Origin: a virus
Virus record (IMG/VR): IMGVR_UViG_3300002835_000050
Location: 32,001 to 96,000 of that record
Length of the DNA stretch: 64,000 bases
Strand: one strand, 5' to 3'
How positions within the stretch are numbered: the first letter of the stretch is position 1; each line of letters starts with the position of its first letter. A program made the position numbers and the translations under genes. Below, one piece after another: positions 1 to 13,800 of the stretch. The notes under the pieces are model-generated. The model was not told the DNA's origin. It saw only the letters and a program-made list of their open reading frames with translations, and ran no database searches.

Positions 1-3000
1 TTTTTTGCTGCTACAGCTAATGCTTCTAAAAATGTATTAAAAGCTACTAAAGGATTAGATGTTGCAGAAGATGGTTACAAAGCTGTAAATTCAACTTTGA
101 ATGCAATTGATAATGTATCACAAGCAAGAACTTTTTGGCAAAATGCTAATAAGCTTGGTACTTCTGCATTTAGTCCTGTTGGAAGCACAATAAAAGGTTT
201 TCAAGCTGCCAAAGCTGCAGATAACTTAAATAACTTAGGTAAAGCATTTAAAACATTTGGAGGTTTCTATAGAGATGTTCAAAGAATTAATATGGCTTTA
301 TCTGAAGCTAGGCTTGAAGGCGGCATGGTTAAAAATGAAGTATATGATAAATTATATAATCAATACTATACTAAGAATAACCGTCCTCCAAGTGATGCTG
401 AACAATATGAAATGATTAAACAATCTGAGAAAGCTTCACTTAATACAGTACTTTGGAATACAGCATTAATTTATGGAAGTAATGCAATTACATTCCCTAA
501 TATAATGGGATCTAAAGGAGGTATTAGAAGTTTTATGAAGAACAGTCTTCAAGAATTTGCTACTGTTAAAGGTGGTAAGTTTGGAGATTTAGGAAAGATT
601 GTATATGACAAGGGTCTTAAAAAAGTTGTTTTTGAAAAAAATAATCTTAAGAACTTAGCAAAAAGTTGGTTAAAACAACCAATTTACAAATCTACTATGG
701 GAACTATAGGATACTTTAAAGCTAACTTTGCTGAAGGTATTCAAGAAAACTTACAAGAAGTTATCTCAGGTGCTAATGAAAGATACTATGTAGATAGTTT
801 TAAAAGTCCTGCATTAAGATCACATAATTATTCTAAAGCTGTTGCTAAATATAATGAAGCATCTCAAACTGCTTATTTTGGTGATGAGCTTGGTAAACAA
901 TTTACAGCTACGGGTTTTGAAACATTTGCTTCTGGTTTTGCTATGGGTGCATTAGCAACTCCTGTGAATGCTGTGTTTAATAATTTAAGTGTTGGTTATA
1001 ATAGAATTTTTGATAATAAAGCATATCAAGAGATTAAAGATAAAAAAGAAAAGATTGTAAATTCTTTAGCAGAACAACTTAATTCAATTGATGTTAATGA
1101 GTTTTTAAATGCTAGACCTTTTAATTATGCTACACAAGATGTTGTTGCTAGCATAAAACAATACGGGGATAAAAAACAAGCTAATGATGCTCACTTAGAT
1201 GCATTCATGAGTCAAATGGAAACAATGATTCAGACGGGCACAGTTGATGTCTTTAAAGATAGACTAATGGATTTAACTCAGTTATCTCCTGAAGAATTTG
1301 AAGAAGCTATCCCAACAGTACCTAAAGGTGAAGGAGCTGCTTATCAAAATAAAATACCTGACATCATTAAGAAAGCTAAAAAAATAGAAGAAAGATACAA
1401 GTACTATAATGAGAAGTTTCCTAATCCGGTAACTTATAATGAGATGCCTCCTAAAGATTCACCAGAATATGAGGATGCAGCTATATTACATAATGCTTGG
1501 AATAAAGGTATAGAGAATGCTATATATTTTAATGAAGCATTTGAAGATACTATGAATAGAAAGAAATCTATTATGGAAACATATCTTTCACAAGCTCCAT
1601 TAAAAGGCATGTCTCAAAGAGATTCTGAAGTTATATTTGACATTAAGAAACTTAGAAATGAACAGACTATTCTTAAAGATGAAATTTCTATTTTAAAAGA
1701 ATTAAATGATCCTGCATCACAATCTGAACTGCAGTTAAAAGAAAGAAAACTTGAAGCTTTAACTAAGTTAGGAGATAAAACAGCTACCTTAAGTAATTTC
1801 TTTAATAGATATGAAAGAGCAGAAGAAGTTAGAAAACAACTTCAAATTGAAAAAGGTGGAGAACCAGTTACAGATGAGGAAGTTGAAAAAACTTTAGATG
1901 AAGTATTTGGAGAGTATTCAGAAGAAAATAAAATTAAAACTTTTTCAGAACATGAAGCAGCATATAAAGATTATTTAAAAGCTCTTGCTAATGTAAATGG
2001 AGAATATTTATTTGATCAAAATATAGATGAGACTTATGAATTACTAGGACATCATTTTAAATTAGATTCAGAGTCTAGAAACTTAATGAAGTATGTAAAC
2101 TTATTACATGATCCTAATGGGTTTATAGAAAGTGTTCAGAGAAACCGTGTATGGATGAAAGATCTTTATAAAAGAAGAAGTGACATTTATAAACAAATGG
2201 TTGAAGAACAATTTAATTTAGTTATTGATAATACTTTATTAAATCATTTAGCTGATAGAGGTATTTATATTAGTCTTGATGATTTCCAAGATTGGAGATT
2301 AACAGGAACACCTCCTTCTGAGTTTTTTGATAATGCTAGAAAAATGGTTATTCCAGAAGGTACAGAGTTATATGATGAGTACTATAAGGAATTTGAAAAA
2401 GCTGCTTCATTAAAAAGTCAAGATTCTAGTCTTGTACCAGAATCATTAAATGAAGAACTTAAAAAAGATTTAGAGCAAGCAGATTTAGATATGGAAGCTG
2501 AATTAGATTCTATACCTAAAAAAGAAGTTAAGAATGTAATTAAAAATCTTAAACCTGATAGCGGTAAAACTTTAAGCTTAACTAAAATTAATACTGAACT
2601 TAATCCAAATGAATATGCCGAAGCTGAATATGGTGGAGACAATCCATTTGTTATTTTTAAGGATGAAGATGGTAATTTAAGATTAGAGAACATTGAGGGT
2701 GAGATTATAAAAGATACATCTAAAGTAGCAATTAACTTTAGTGAAGTAACTATCTATACTTTAGTTGAAAGAGCTGATCCAGAATTAGCTAAACCAGTTG
2801 TAGAAAAGTATGAAGCCTATAAAAATAAAATTAGAGATGAGTACGCTACTAAGATAGATAATCTTACTAAAGCTGAGGAAGCTCCAATTAATGATTTTGT
2901 ACCTATTGTTTCAGAAGTAAGCAGTGTTTTTAAATATCCTGCTTTATACAATACTCTATATACTAGCTTTACTGATAAAGTAATTAGTAAATTAGATCCT

Positions 3001-4815
3001 GCAGATTTAGATTCATTAACTGAAGAACAAGAATTAAACTTATTTAATAAATTCTTACAAACAGATAAAGAAGCTAAAACTGAAATAGAAAACTTTAATA
3101 AAAAACAAGTTACAGAAACTGAAGTAAAAGCTTCTCCTGAAAGATCTGATTTTGAATATATTTATCAAGGTAAGAAAAAAAACACAGCAGACTTAAAAAC
3201 AATAGCTGATTTAAGAAAAGCACAAAGAAGATTTAAGGCTTTAGTTGATGATATTACCAGTATGGAAAATCCAAACACTGAGGATATTACAAATAAAAGT
3301 AAATACAGTGTTATTGTTAAAGAATTTGATAAATTAATTCAAGCTAGATCTAAACAAAATTTAACTCCTGAATTAAGAACTGCTTTAGATAAAATAAACA
3401 AACTTAAAGAAGCACAAAGTGAAATACAAGTAGCTGATGCGGGTATGCTTATTGATGATGAAGAATATCAAAATGTTGAAACTGCATTAGGTCTTAAGAA
3501 AAATAAGGAGCCTTATAAGGTTTATATTGATGCTCAAATTAAAAACTTATTTGAGGGAATTACTCCACCAGTATTTGATACTAATGCTATATCTCAAGAA
3601 GCTTTTGATAACTTATTTGGTCCAAAAGGATACATCACTTCTATAAAGAATAGAGTAGATAATGGAGAATTATCTGTTATTGCTCAGGATCTTGCAGTAT
3701 ATGATTCAAATACTAAATTAGCAACTAATATTGATTTGTTATTAGCTGATACTCAAGGTAACTTACTTATTGTAAATACAATAAATGATTCAAAAAGTAA
3801 TTGGGATGTATTTACTAAAAAGGATAATCCAAATTCTAAGTTAAAAGATGTTAAGTTACTAGCAGTAGCTAAGGCTAATCTTTTAAATAATATGATTGGT
3901 GTAGATGCTAAAACATTAGTATTACCAATTGAGATGAGTGTAAGTACAGCTAATGATAAAATCATGATAGCTAATAAACCTACCTCACCTTCATTAACTG
4001 CTGTTGATGCTCTTATTACATTAGATAAAAAAGATGTCCAAGATCAGGTGAATAGTATTATTCCAATAGCTAAAAAAGAGACAGTTGAAACAAAAGTTGA
4101 AACTGAAAACATTAGCGTAGTTCCTGCTGATGCTGAATCAAGTGATGATACTCAATCTCCAGCTGTTGAGGCAGGAGAGCAAGAAAGAGAAACTAGATTT
4201 ATAGATGACAGTGTAAGATATGGAGCAAAAGAGTTTAAAGAAAGTTTAGCTAAAGCTGATATTACCACCTTTAATGCTGTTATGGCAGAGCTTAATCTTA
4301 AAATTCAAGAAGGTGTTGTAGATGTAAATGATCTTGAGACAATGTCAGAATTAGCAAAAGAAAGATTAGAACAATTAAAACAACCACAAAATGTAAAAAT
4401 TGTACCTGAATCTTTAACTGCAGATAAACAATTTGTTGCAAAAAGCATTATCTTTACAGAGCCCGGTAATCAAAAAAGTGAAATATTTGCTGAAGAAGAT
4501 GATACAGTAGTTATTAACTCTGTTAATACTAAAAATAAAACTGTATCTGTTTCAGCATTAGGTAGTTCAAAACAAATGACTATTGGTTTTAATGATATAA
4601 ATAAACTCTTTACATTAAAAGATTCAATAATGGATGCTACAGAAACACAAGATATGAGCCTATCTACAGAAGATAAAATTAAAATTAATGAGTCAATTGA
4701 CTTAGCTGATGGGTTTATAACAAATCCTGATAAACTTGGAAAAGTGGAAGGTGAGTCTTCTAGTAAATCACTAGAAGAATTAGATAATGAATTATTGAAT
4801 GACATAGATTGTTAA
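1..4815 (+). CDS. Giant virion/ejection (cargo) protein, 5'-truncated by the window; contains a degenerate PD-(D/E)xK-like segment
   Basis: Frame is open from base 1 (FFAATANASK...), so the real start lies upstream; helical and charged; directly upstream of the virion RNAP as in crAss-like phages; single Cys at the C-terminus. Confidence 0.7.
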   Translation, partial: FFAATANASKNVLKATKGLDVAEDGYKAVNSTLNAIDNVSQARTFWQNANKLGTSAFSPVGSTIKGFQAAKAADNLNNLGKAFKTFGGFYRDVQRINMALSEARLEGGMVKNEVYDKLYNQYYTKNNRPPSDAEQYEMIKQSEKASLNTVLWNTALIYGSNAITFPNIMGSKGGIRSFMKNSLQEFATVKGGKFGDLGKIVYDKGLKKVVFEKNNLKNLAKSWLKQPIYKSTMGTIGYFKANFAEGIQENLQEVISGANERYYVDSFKSPALRSHNYSKAVAKYNEASQTAYFGDELGKQFTATGFETFASGFAMGALATPVNAVFNNLSVGYNRIFDNKAYQEIKDKKEKIVNSLAEQLNSIDVNEFLNARPFNYATQDVVASIKQYGDKKQANDAHLDAFMSQMETMIQTGTVDVFKDRLMDLTQLSPEEFEEAIPTVPKGEGAAYQNKIPDIIKKAKKIEERYKYYNEKFPNPVTYNEMPPKDSPEYEDAAILHNAWNKGIENAIYFNEAFEDTMNRKKSIMETYLSQAPLKGMSQRDSEVIFDIKKLRNEQTILKDEISILKELNDPASQSELQLKERKLEALTKLGDKTATLSNFFNRYERAEEVRKQLQIEKGGEPVTDEEVEKTLDEVFGEYSEENKIKTFSEHEAAYKDYLKALANVNGEYLFDQNIDETYELLGHHFKLDSESRNLMKYVNLLHDPNGFIESVQRNRVWMKDLYKRRSDIYKQMVEEQFNLVIDNTLLNHLADRGIYISLDDFQDWRLTGTPPSEFFDNARKMVIPEGTELYDEYYKEFEKAASLKSQDSSLVPESLNEELKKDLEQADLDMEAELDSIPKKEVKNVIKNLKPDSGKTLSLTKINTELNPNEYAEAEYGGDNPFVIFKDEDGNLRLENIEGEIIKDTSKVAINFSEVTIYTLVERADPELAKPVVEKYEAYKNKIRDEYATKIDNLTKAEEAPINDFVPIVSEVSSVFKYPALYNTLYTSFTDKVISKLDPADLDSLTEEQELNLFNKFLQTDKEAKTEIENFNKKQVTETEVKASPERSDFEYIYQGKKKNTADLKTIADLRKAQRRFKALVDDITSMENPNTEDITNKSKYSVIVKEFDKLIQARSKQNLTPELRTALDKINKLKEAQSEIQVADAGMLIDDEEYQNVETALGLKKNKEPYKVYIDAQIKNLFEGITPPVFDTNAISQEAFDNLFGPKGYITSIKNRVDNGELSVIAQDLAVYDSNTKLATNIDLLLADTQGNLLIVNTINDSKSNWDVFTKKDNPNSKLKDVKLLAVAKANLLNNMIGVDAKTLVLPIEMSVSTANDKIMIANKPTSPSLTAVDALITLDKKDVQDQVNSIIPIAKKETVETKVETENISVVPADAESSDDTQSPAVEAGEQERETRFIDDSVRYGAKEFKESLAKADITTFNAVMAELNLKIQEGVVDVNDLETMSELAKERLEQLKQPQNVKIVPESLTADKQFVAKSIIFTEPGNQKSEIFAEEDDTVVINSVNTKNKTVSVSALGSSKQMTIGFNDINKLFTLKDSIMDATETQDMSLSTEDKIKINESIDLADGFITNPDKLGKVEGESSSKSLEELDNELLNDIDC

Positions 4816-4819
4816 TATT

Positions 4820-7800
4820 ATGAAAATAACTTGTGCTTTATCTCAATCTCAAATTGAGAAATTATATGCTAATGTTTATGGTTACATGCTTAATAAAGGT
4901 AATGATTTTGAGCCTAAACAATACATGATAGATTTATTTGATAAGCTTGCTAAAAAGAAAGATGTAGAAACTGCAGCTAAATTTTTGCAACAAGTACCAT
5001 CTTTAATTGGTACAGCATCATTTAGACCAGGTCTTGAACAGTTTGAGATTAGTACTGATATACTTAAACCATTAATAAATCAATTTAAAAGAGATGAGAA
5101 TGGTTTGGTTAATGTAGTTAAATATTTTAATCCAGTATTGGATCCTGAAGTAAAAAAAGAATTAGTTGAGAAAAAAGCTAATGATGCTTTTGATATTATT
5201 GAAGTAGATACAAATAGAATTATTACACAAGATTTTGATTTTAAACCTTATTCTGCATTATCTACAACAATGCAACAGTTTATTACTCAAAATCCAAAAG
5301 ATAAGACAAATGCAAGTGAAACTTTAGATCCTTCAAGAAAAGTTATTTATAATACACTAGATGCAATAAGATCTGTTGTTAATGATAATACAGCTTTTAA
5401 AGAAGTAGTTTACCAAGGTAAAGTATTAAAACTAAAACCTGTTAGACTAAATGAAATCAATCCTGTATTATTAGATAAAACAACTAATGCTCTATTAAAT
5501 AAAGCTGGTGCAATTAATGCTGGTAAAAAAGGTGTAGAATCTGTTACTCCTATAAATGAAATCTTCTTAATGGTTCTTTCAGATAGTAAAGGAGAATTAT
5601 TATACTTTACAGAAGATGGTAACATTACAACTCAGGATAAAGGTGGTAGATTAGTTTATCAGTTTTTAAGAGATGCTAGAAAAGATGGAAATAATATTAT
5701 GATAACTGATATGTATGGTTATCAAAATTCTATTTTAGATCCTGCTACTATTGCAAATAAAGCTGGAGTACCTGTTGAAGTTATTGAAGAGCAACAAAAT
5801 AAAGAATTTAAAGAACTTTATGACTATAGACAAAAGTTAATCAATAATGAAAAAGTTGATTTACTAGATATAGTAAGTGTAAGTAATGGTATTGCAGAAT
5901 ATGCTCCAGATAAATTAAATTTATCTAACATCTCTACAATCTTAAATGATAATGATGCAGCTATAAGAAGTATTGATACAGTTAACTCACCGCGTTCTGG
6001 ATTTATTGAAGGACAAGCTGTTATAACTATTAAAGGTGTTGAATATGCTGTTGATAGACCTAACATATCTTTAGACCTTATAAATAAAATTGCAACTGTT
6101 CTTACAAATAAAGACATTACAAATAAAAAGAAATATAGATTTGTTAGTACATTCTTAGCAGATAAAGCTTCTCCTTCAACAAGAAAACATAATATTACTT
6201 ATTTACCAAATAGTGATGTTTTACTATTTGAATATTCTGAAACTACTTTTGATGAAGGATATAGTAAAATGAAATCTGTAAACTTAGATAGTCCTACAGC
6301 AAAAAATGATATTGTAAAAGCTTTACAGTTTGCTTCTGGTAAAAACGGAAAATACTATACAGCTAAAATGACTATCAGTAATGAAGCACTAGATAAAGGT
6401 TATCAAGATTATAATTTGAATACAAATACATTAGATGATAATTATTCAAACTACATTGATCTATTAAAAACATTAGATAATACTAATATTAGTGTAGATC
6501 TTAATCCTGCTGGAAGAACTTTTAATAGTTACTTAAGATTTGCTTTACCAAATGAGTTTACAGAACAATTAGCAAATGCTCAAAAAAATACTGATGAGAT
6601 TGTTAAGGATGACTTATTTGAAACACTTTCTGAACCTGAAGATGAAAAACCTGTTTTTGGAGTTAAAGCAACTAGAGAAAAATTAATCAATGCTTTAGAA
6701 AAAAATGAAACAGTTAGTGGTACTATTTCTTTTGTAACAGGAAGTAAATGGTTATTAACAACACCAGAGGGTCAAGTAGTTGAGTTTTTTAATAAAGAAA
6801 ACAATATAACTAATGAAGATGTAATTAGTACAGCAACTCTTAATTTAATTCCAGAGATTACATTAGATAATAAACCTTTTACTAATGTAATTGAAGTTAA
6901 AGTTGGTAATAAATTTATTGGTTATGTAAGAGAAACTGAAGATTTTTCTAAACCAGTAAAACAAAAATCAATTGAGGAAATTGAAGCTGAGATAAATCAA
7001 GTTATTGATGGTAAAGGTGAAGCTACACCAGAAGATGATGGAGCAGCAAGTGTGTTCTTTCTTAGAAAAGGAAGTTTACCTGCAGATGTAACAGAGAAAC
7101 AAATCAAGGATGCTAAGAAATGGTGGACTAATTCTCCATTAAATAAACACATTGGTTTCAAAGAGGTAGCAAATATTGTTAACTCAGATGCTTATGCAAG
7201 ATTTACTAAATATGGAGCTGTCCTTAATGGAAACTTAGGTATTATAGAACTTGCTGATAAAGGTTCTATGGTAGATGTGTATCATGAAGCATGGCACGGG
7301 TTTTCCCAATTATACTTAAGTAAAGCTGAGAAAAAAGCTTTGTATAAAGAGGTACAAAAAAAGATGGGTTCTAAAGCTGACTTCTTTGATATAGAAGAAA
7401 ACTTAGCTGAAGCTTTCCGTGAATATGTAAGAACAGGGAAAGCTTTGAAAGGTGCTCCTAAGACAAACAGCATTTTCAAAAAGATCCTTAACTTCTTAAG
7501 AGAGTTGTTTGGAAAAGGTAGTGTTACTGATGTTACTGATATTAAAAGAGTTAATGAGTTATTTAATGAGCTATACTTAGGTACTGAACTTAATAAGTAC
7601 ACTCCTTCTATTGCTAATGTTATGTTTAATACATTAAATAGAAGCTTGGGTATAATCAAACCAGGTACTGCAGATGAACAAGTTCTTAATAGACAAGACT
7701 CTAATAAGTTAAAAGATAGTATGGATTCTATCATATCTGACATTGTAGATAATGAAGCTAAAAGAAGTAATAAGAAATCTGGTACTTTAAGTATATTATT

Positions 7801-10800
7801 AGACTCAAGAAACAGAGAACCTTTATACATACTAATTAAACAACAACTTAACAACAAATTAGAATTATCTAAAACACAATTACAGGATACTCCAAATAAT
7901 TTAGAAAATGCTCTTAAGAGAGAGATACTAGAAAATAGAATTAGAATTCTACAAACTGGTTTAGATAATTATGGAGACACTAAAGAAGGTTTAATTGGAT
8001 ACCATGTTGAAAATAGTACATATGACTTAATGAAACAAAAGTATACAGTTCTTGAGTTAGATGAAGAAGGTAATTTATTTGATCCTGCTAATATTAAAAA
8101 TACAGAAAGATACGGTGATAAAGAAGAAGGTCAAAAATCTTTGATTGAATTAGCAGGTAAAGAAACATTATACATTCTTAAAAGTTTACATAAAGGAAAA
8201 ATCAATAAGGATACAAACTTAATTGAGTTTACATATGATGATTTAGGTTTTAAACAGTTAGCAGATTTTAGATCTACTTGGAATACTGTAGTTAGAACTA
8301 TTGGTGGTGTACAAGATCCACAAGAAATGTATGATAGATTAGCTAATGAAGGTGAAACAGATTCTCAATTAAGACAATTAGTACAAACTAAATTAGCTAA
8401 TCCTAAATTAGTTACAGAAGATATTGCTAAGAATAATCAATATGAATTTAAAGCTACTACTTCTATTTGGCAAGATTTTAGTAAATCTAAGATTCCTTAT
8501 ATTCAGTTAACTATCCGCAAAACAGAAACTGGAGAAAAAGAAGTATATGATTATAATGGTAATCCAATACCAAATAAAAGCTATAAAACTTATGATTATT
8601 CAAGTGCTGTTACTGATGCTTCAATTGAAGCATATAATATCATTAGAAAATTTGAAGATAAATTTAAATCTAATCTGGATAATCCATATGTAGAAAGACT
8701 TGGTATTGACAATATACCTACATTAAACATTCAACAAGTTGTTAAAGACTTTGGTGTTAATGGTAAACTTAATACTGAAAAATCATTTGCTTTTGCAAGA
8801 GCTCTTGGATTTGCATTAGATGATCTTAGTATTATTAAAGGTGTGCTTAATAAAAAAGATAATAAAACTATAGAACAGTTTGGTTTATCATATATATTTG
8901 ATGTAGTTAAAAAGCTTAGTGATAAGGAAAACTTAGAAAATGTAAGCAGTGCAACTAAAAAAGCTATCTTAAACTTTAGAACTAATCCAATAAATACATT
9001 AATGAATGATATCCCAGCAGGGGTAATTGGAAACAGTAAAGTAAATCAAAAAAATAAAGTACTAGAAATAGCAAAATTACAAAGTAGATATGGTTTAGAT
9101 ACTTCTAACAACATGGTATTAAATGCTGAAAGAAATAGAGTATCTGAATTTATTGAGAATAACTCTATATCTAAACAAGTGTCTGCTTTAAATAATGCTT
9201 CAAAGCTTTCTGATTTATGGACATCTGATAAGTATCAACATATGGCTTATTTAGATCCTAGAATTAATGCTTATACAAAAAGATTAGGTATAATCAGATC
9301 ATTATATGATATGTCAAGTGCAGAGCAATTAAAAAGATCTAATAAATCTTTAACATTGTTTATGGACTCAGGAACTCAAATTGCTGATGAAGATGGTGGT
9401 TTAAATACTGCTAATTTAGATATTGCTTCTAAAAGACTTCAAGAAATGAATACTATGTTAAAAAGCGGTGTTCAAGAATTCTTAAGACATGCATCTAAAT
9501 CATCTGCATTTGGTGTTAAGATAGATAGTGGTATTATTGGTTCTCCAGATAAATCAGGATTTGATAATTATCTTTGGGTTGACAGTGATATGTTTGTTGA
9601 TGGTACTGCTTATGATTATGCATTCTTAACTCACTTTTTACCTTACATTGAAGGGGAAGCAGAAAGAATTTATAAATTTAGAAAGAACAAGACTGAGTAT
9701 TCTAAATATGCAGGATACAATAGAAAAGTTGAAGGAGGTTTTATGGCTGGAGAAATCTTTACTGCATTTGATGATATTATTGAAGATGATACAAAAAAAT
9801 TAATTTATAAAGCAATTGATGCTGCTATAGCAAACAATGAATCATTTGACTTAAGAACATACATAAGAACTCAAAATAATCCTTTAGCAACTACATTAAG
9901 AAACCAGGTAAGAAGTTATTTTGATAATCAAAGTAAAGTCAATTATAATAATTTACAAGAGTTAAAGTTTATTGATCCGGAGTTGATTGATAAAATGAAA
10001 AGTCTTAATACTCCAGAAGATCAGATTGAGAAAAAACTTGTAGAAGTATATACTTATAATTCATGGATTCAAAACTTTGAAACAGCTGTTTTATTTTATG
10101 GAGATATAGCACAATATAATCATGCTAAACAAGAACTACATAAAAGAAATACAGGTTCAACTTCTGGAGGACGCGCTTTTAGAACAGATGTTGCTGCAAG
10201 AAATTTTGTAAATTCTTTCTTAAGTGAAACTTCTTATGCAAAAAAATATAACAAGCCTACTATAAATTATAATGGTACATACAATACAGCAATTGTACAA
10301 GACATAAAAAGAACTTCAGAGTATTTAGGTGAAATTGAAAAAGGATTAACAGATGAGTATACTAAAAGATATGCTACTTCTAAAGATCCTAATAAAGAAG
10401 CTGAGATAAAACGTAGAGTTGCAATTGAGATTGCTAAGTATGTAGATATGGAAGAAGGAGATGGTCAAGGTTATATTAGTTTTGATGCATATAGAAATTT
10501 AAAATATCTAGAAAATTCATGGTCAAATGATCAAGAGATCTTATTCCAAAAAATTAAAAATGGAGAAGAAGTAAAAGCATCTGACATAAAAGAATTTTTC
10601 CCAGTATATAAATTACAAAACTATGGACCTTTAGCAAATAAGGAAATAGGTTTACCTATTACAGCTATGCATAAGTTTGCTTTATTTCCATTAATCCCTA
10701 ATGTTATTGCAGGATCAGATCTTGAGTCTTTACATTTGCAAATGATTGATAAAAACATTCAATATGTAACATTCCAAACGGGTTCTAAAGTAGGTAGTGT

Positions 10801-13800
10801 AACTTCTGCAGTTAATAAAGATGGTGATCCTGTAGCTGATGAAATATATGTTGGTGATCAGAAAAAATTAAAAGCTGATATAACTTTTACTCCTAATACA
10901 ATTTACTTAGAGTATCTTAAAAATGTAACTAATGTACCTAATGCATATAAAAATAAGACTGTATTCTCAACTCAGTTAAGAAAACTTATCTTAAAAGATA
11001 TGTATAAGGATAAAAAAATCATTAATGATGCTAATGAATCTGCAGTTAAAAGATATGAAAAAGCTGTAGACTCTTATAGCCAGTTATTGAAAATGGAGTT
11101 ACTACAAGAAGTTGATTATGAATATGATATAGAAACTGGTACTTATAAAGGAAACATCAGTAAGTTTTTAGAAGTAGTAGAAAGAGAATTAGGTAGAAGA
11201 AATATACCTGAGCACTTAATTGAATTTATAGGTTTAAATAGAGATACTACAATTAAAACAGATTTATCTTTACACTTAGTAGCAGATCAAATTGAAGCTA
11301 TCATTACAGGTTTAATTGAAAAAAGATTAATCAAACAAAAAGTTAAAGGTGAGGCTCTAGTACAAGTTGCTAGTTCAATGTCAAATGGGCTTTGGGATAC
11401 TAAACTTAAAAAAGGTACTAAAGAAGAGATTATGAAGTACTTAGGTACTAATAACTTACCTTTTTATAATAAAGATGCAAACACAGGTAAAACAAATGCA
11501 ATGAAAGTTGCTATTGCTTTACAAGGTGATTTCTCTAACTTGCTTAAACTTAATGCTTTAGATGGTCAACCGATTGCTACAAGAGCAAGATTAAATGATA
11601 TGATTAAAGAAGATGCATGGTTAGATATAGCTGATAACAGAAAGTCAGTTACTTTAGCTGCTGTACGTATTCCAGTACAAGGATTAAACTCTATGGAATT
11701 TATGGAAGTTTATGAATTCTTAGATCCATCTGCTGGAAATATTATCATTCCTCCAACTGAGATTGTTGCTAAATCAGGAGCTGATTTTGACGTTGATAAA
11801 TTGACTACATTCATGCCTGCAATTGATTCTTATGGAAATTTTGTAAAAACAGGATTAAGTAATGATGAATTGTCAATGAAGTTAGATGGTGTTGAAAATG
11901 AAAATGTAGGTAAAGGCTTAATTAAAAATCAAAAAGCTGCATTAGAAAATGAACTTATCATGGCTATTTCTGGTATCTTAGAATTATCTGATAATTATGC
12001 ATCACTGGTAAGACCAAATGATACATACTTAATGAAAGATGATATTGCTGATGAATTAGAAAAGTATGTTACTAGTTATGATAGATTCAGTAACTTCAAT
12101 AGAAAAACTCCAGGTTTCAGTCCAACAAAAACTCTTGAGGTAGGTTATAACTTACATAACCATGAGGTAAACATGATTGGTAAAAGAGTATTAGGTATGT
12201 TAGCAATAGAAAATTCATTACATCCAGTTATGAATTCAATTGGTTTATCATTACCTAAAACATATAAAAACTTAGAGTTTGACCAAGATTTAAACAGAAA
12301 TAAAGAAGGGACTACTGATTTTGAAATGAGATTATTTTTACCTCATAACAAAACAGAAGATGGTAGAATTTCTTTATCAGGTGTAGATACTGTTGATGGA
12401 CTTGACAACATAGGTGAAATGTTTTCACAAATGATGAATGGTGCTGTGGATGTTGAAAAAAATCCATGGATATTCTTTATACAAGGGAATTATGAAATGA
12501 TTCCAATGATTACTTTTTTATTAAAAGCCGGAGTCCCAAGAAAACAAGCTATATATTTTGTTTCTAATCCAATTGTAAGAGAGTATGCTAAAGAACAACG
12601 TAAACTTAAAAGTGCTTATGCTAAAATTACAGGAACTGTAGAAGAAAATTTTGGTAAAAGTTTTGTTAAATATACAGCTGCAACAAATGCTCTTACTAAA
12701 TTTGGAGTTTCTCAAGCAGGTAAAAAAATAACTAATAAAACATATTTTAAATCTGTTAATGATGCTGTAGCTAAACAAGGAGTATTAAATGATGAAGGTT
12801 TATTTGATGAGACTTCAATGAGAATGCTTATAGAAAATCCCGAAGCTCCTGAATATAAAGATCAAGCAATAGCAATGTTCTTACACTTTTTAGAATTAGA
12901 AAAATCTACAAGAGGTTACAATGCATTAAAGTTTGTAGCTAATCCAGATACTAAGACATCTAAAACTTTACAAGAGATTATAAGAAGAAATGTAGCTTTT
13001 GATGAAGCTGCTGCATTATCTACTTTAGAGAAAGGTTCTGTAAATGAATTATTAAACTCTGTATTAGGTTCTTTCTATAATAATAAAATCATAGGAGATT
13101 TAGTAGCCCCGGTGTTTAAATTAAGAAACAATGATGTAGTTACTGATTATATCTTAGATAGACTTAAAAATAATTCTTCTAGTATAACAAAAGCATTTGG
13201 TACAGATCAAGATGGTACAAGAAAGTTTATTACTTCTTTTAAAAATGCTATTCCTAATTATATCTTCCAAAATTACATGTCTAATTTTATAGATGAGTCA
13301 GGAGAAATAACTAGTATGCCTAAATACTATAAAGGAATTGAAGTTATTAATAAAGCTGGTGCTAAAGAGGGTGCTGAAATAATTGATAATAAACTTTATA
13401 TTGATAAGGCAAGATTAGAAAAAGAATATGCTGAAGAGTTATATGCTGCTTCTAATACAAATCCTGGTAACTATAATAGTGAAGGCTTAAGAGGTTTTGG
13501 TAATACTATAAACTTATTCAATACAGAATCAGCTTATTTTAAATATGTATTTGAAAGAGCTATTCAAAAAGATTTATACAGTCCAGAATCAGTTAAAGAA
13601 GATAAAGACTATTTAAGATTTAATGAGTTTCTTAAAGATGATAAACAAGCTTACTTAGCTTATATTAATCAAAGAGCACTTGTGTATGCATTTAATAGAA
13701 AGATTATTACAGGAATGGATAATGATTCTTATACTAACATGCTATTAAACATGATAAATGATTATCCTATTTTAGCAAGTAAATATAATATCATATCTCA

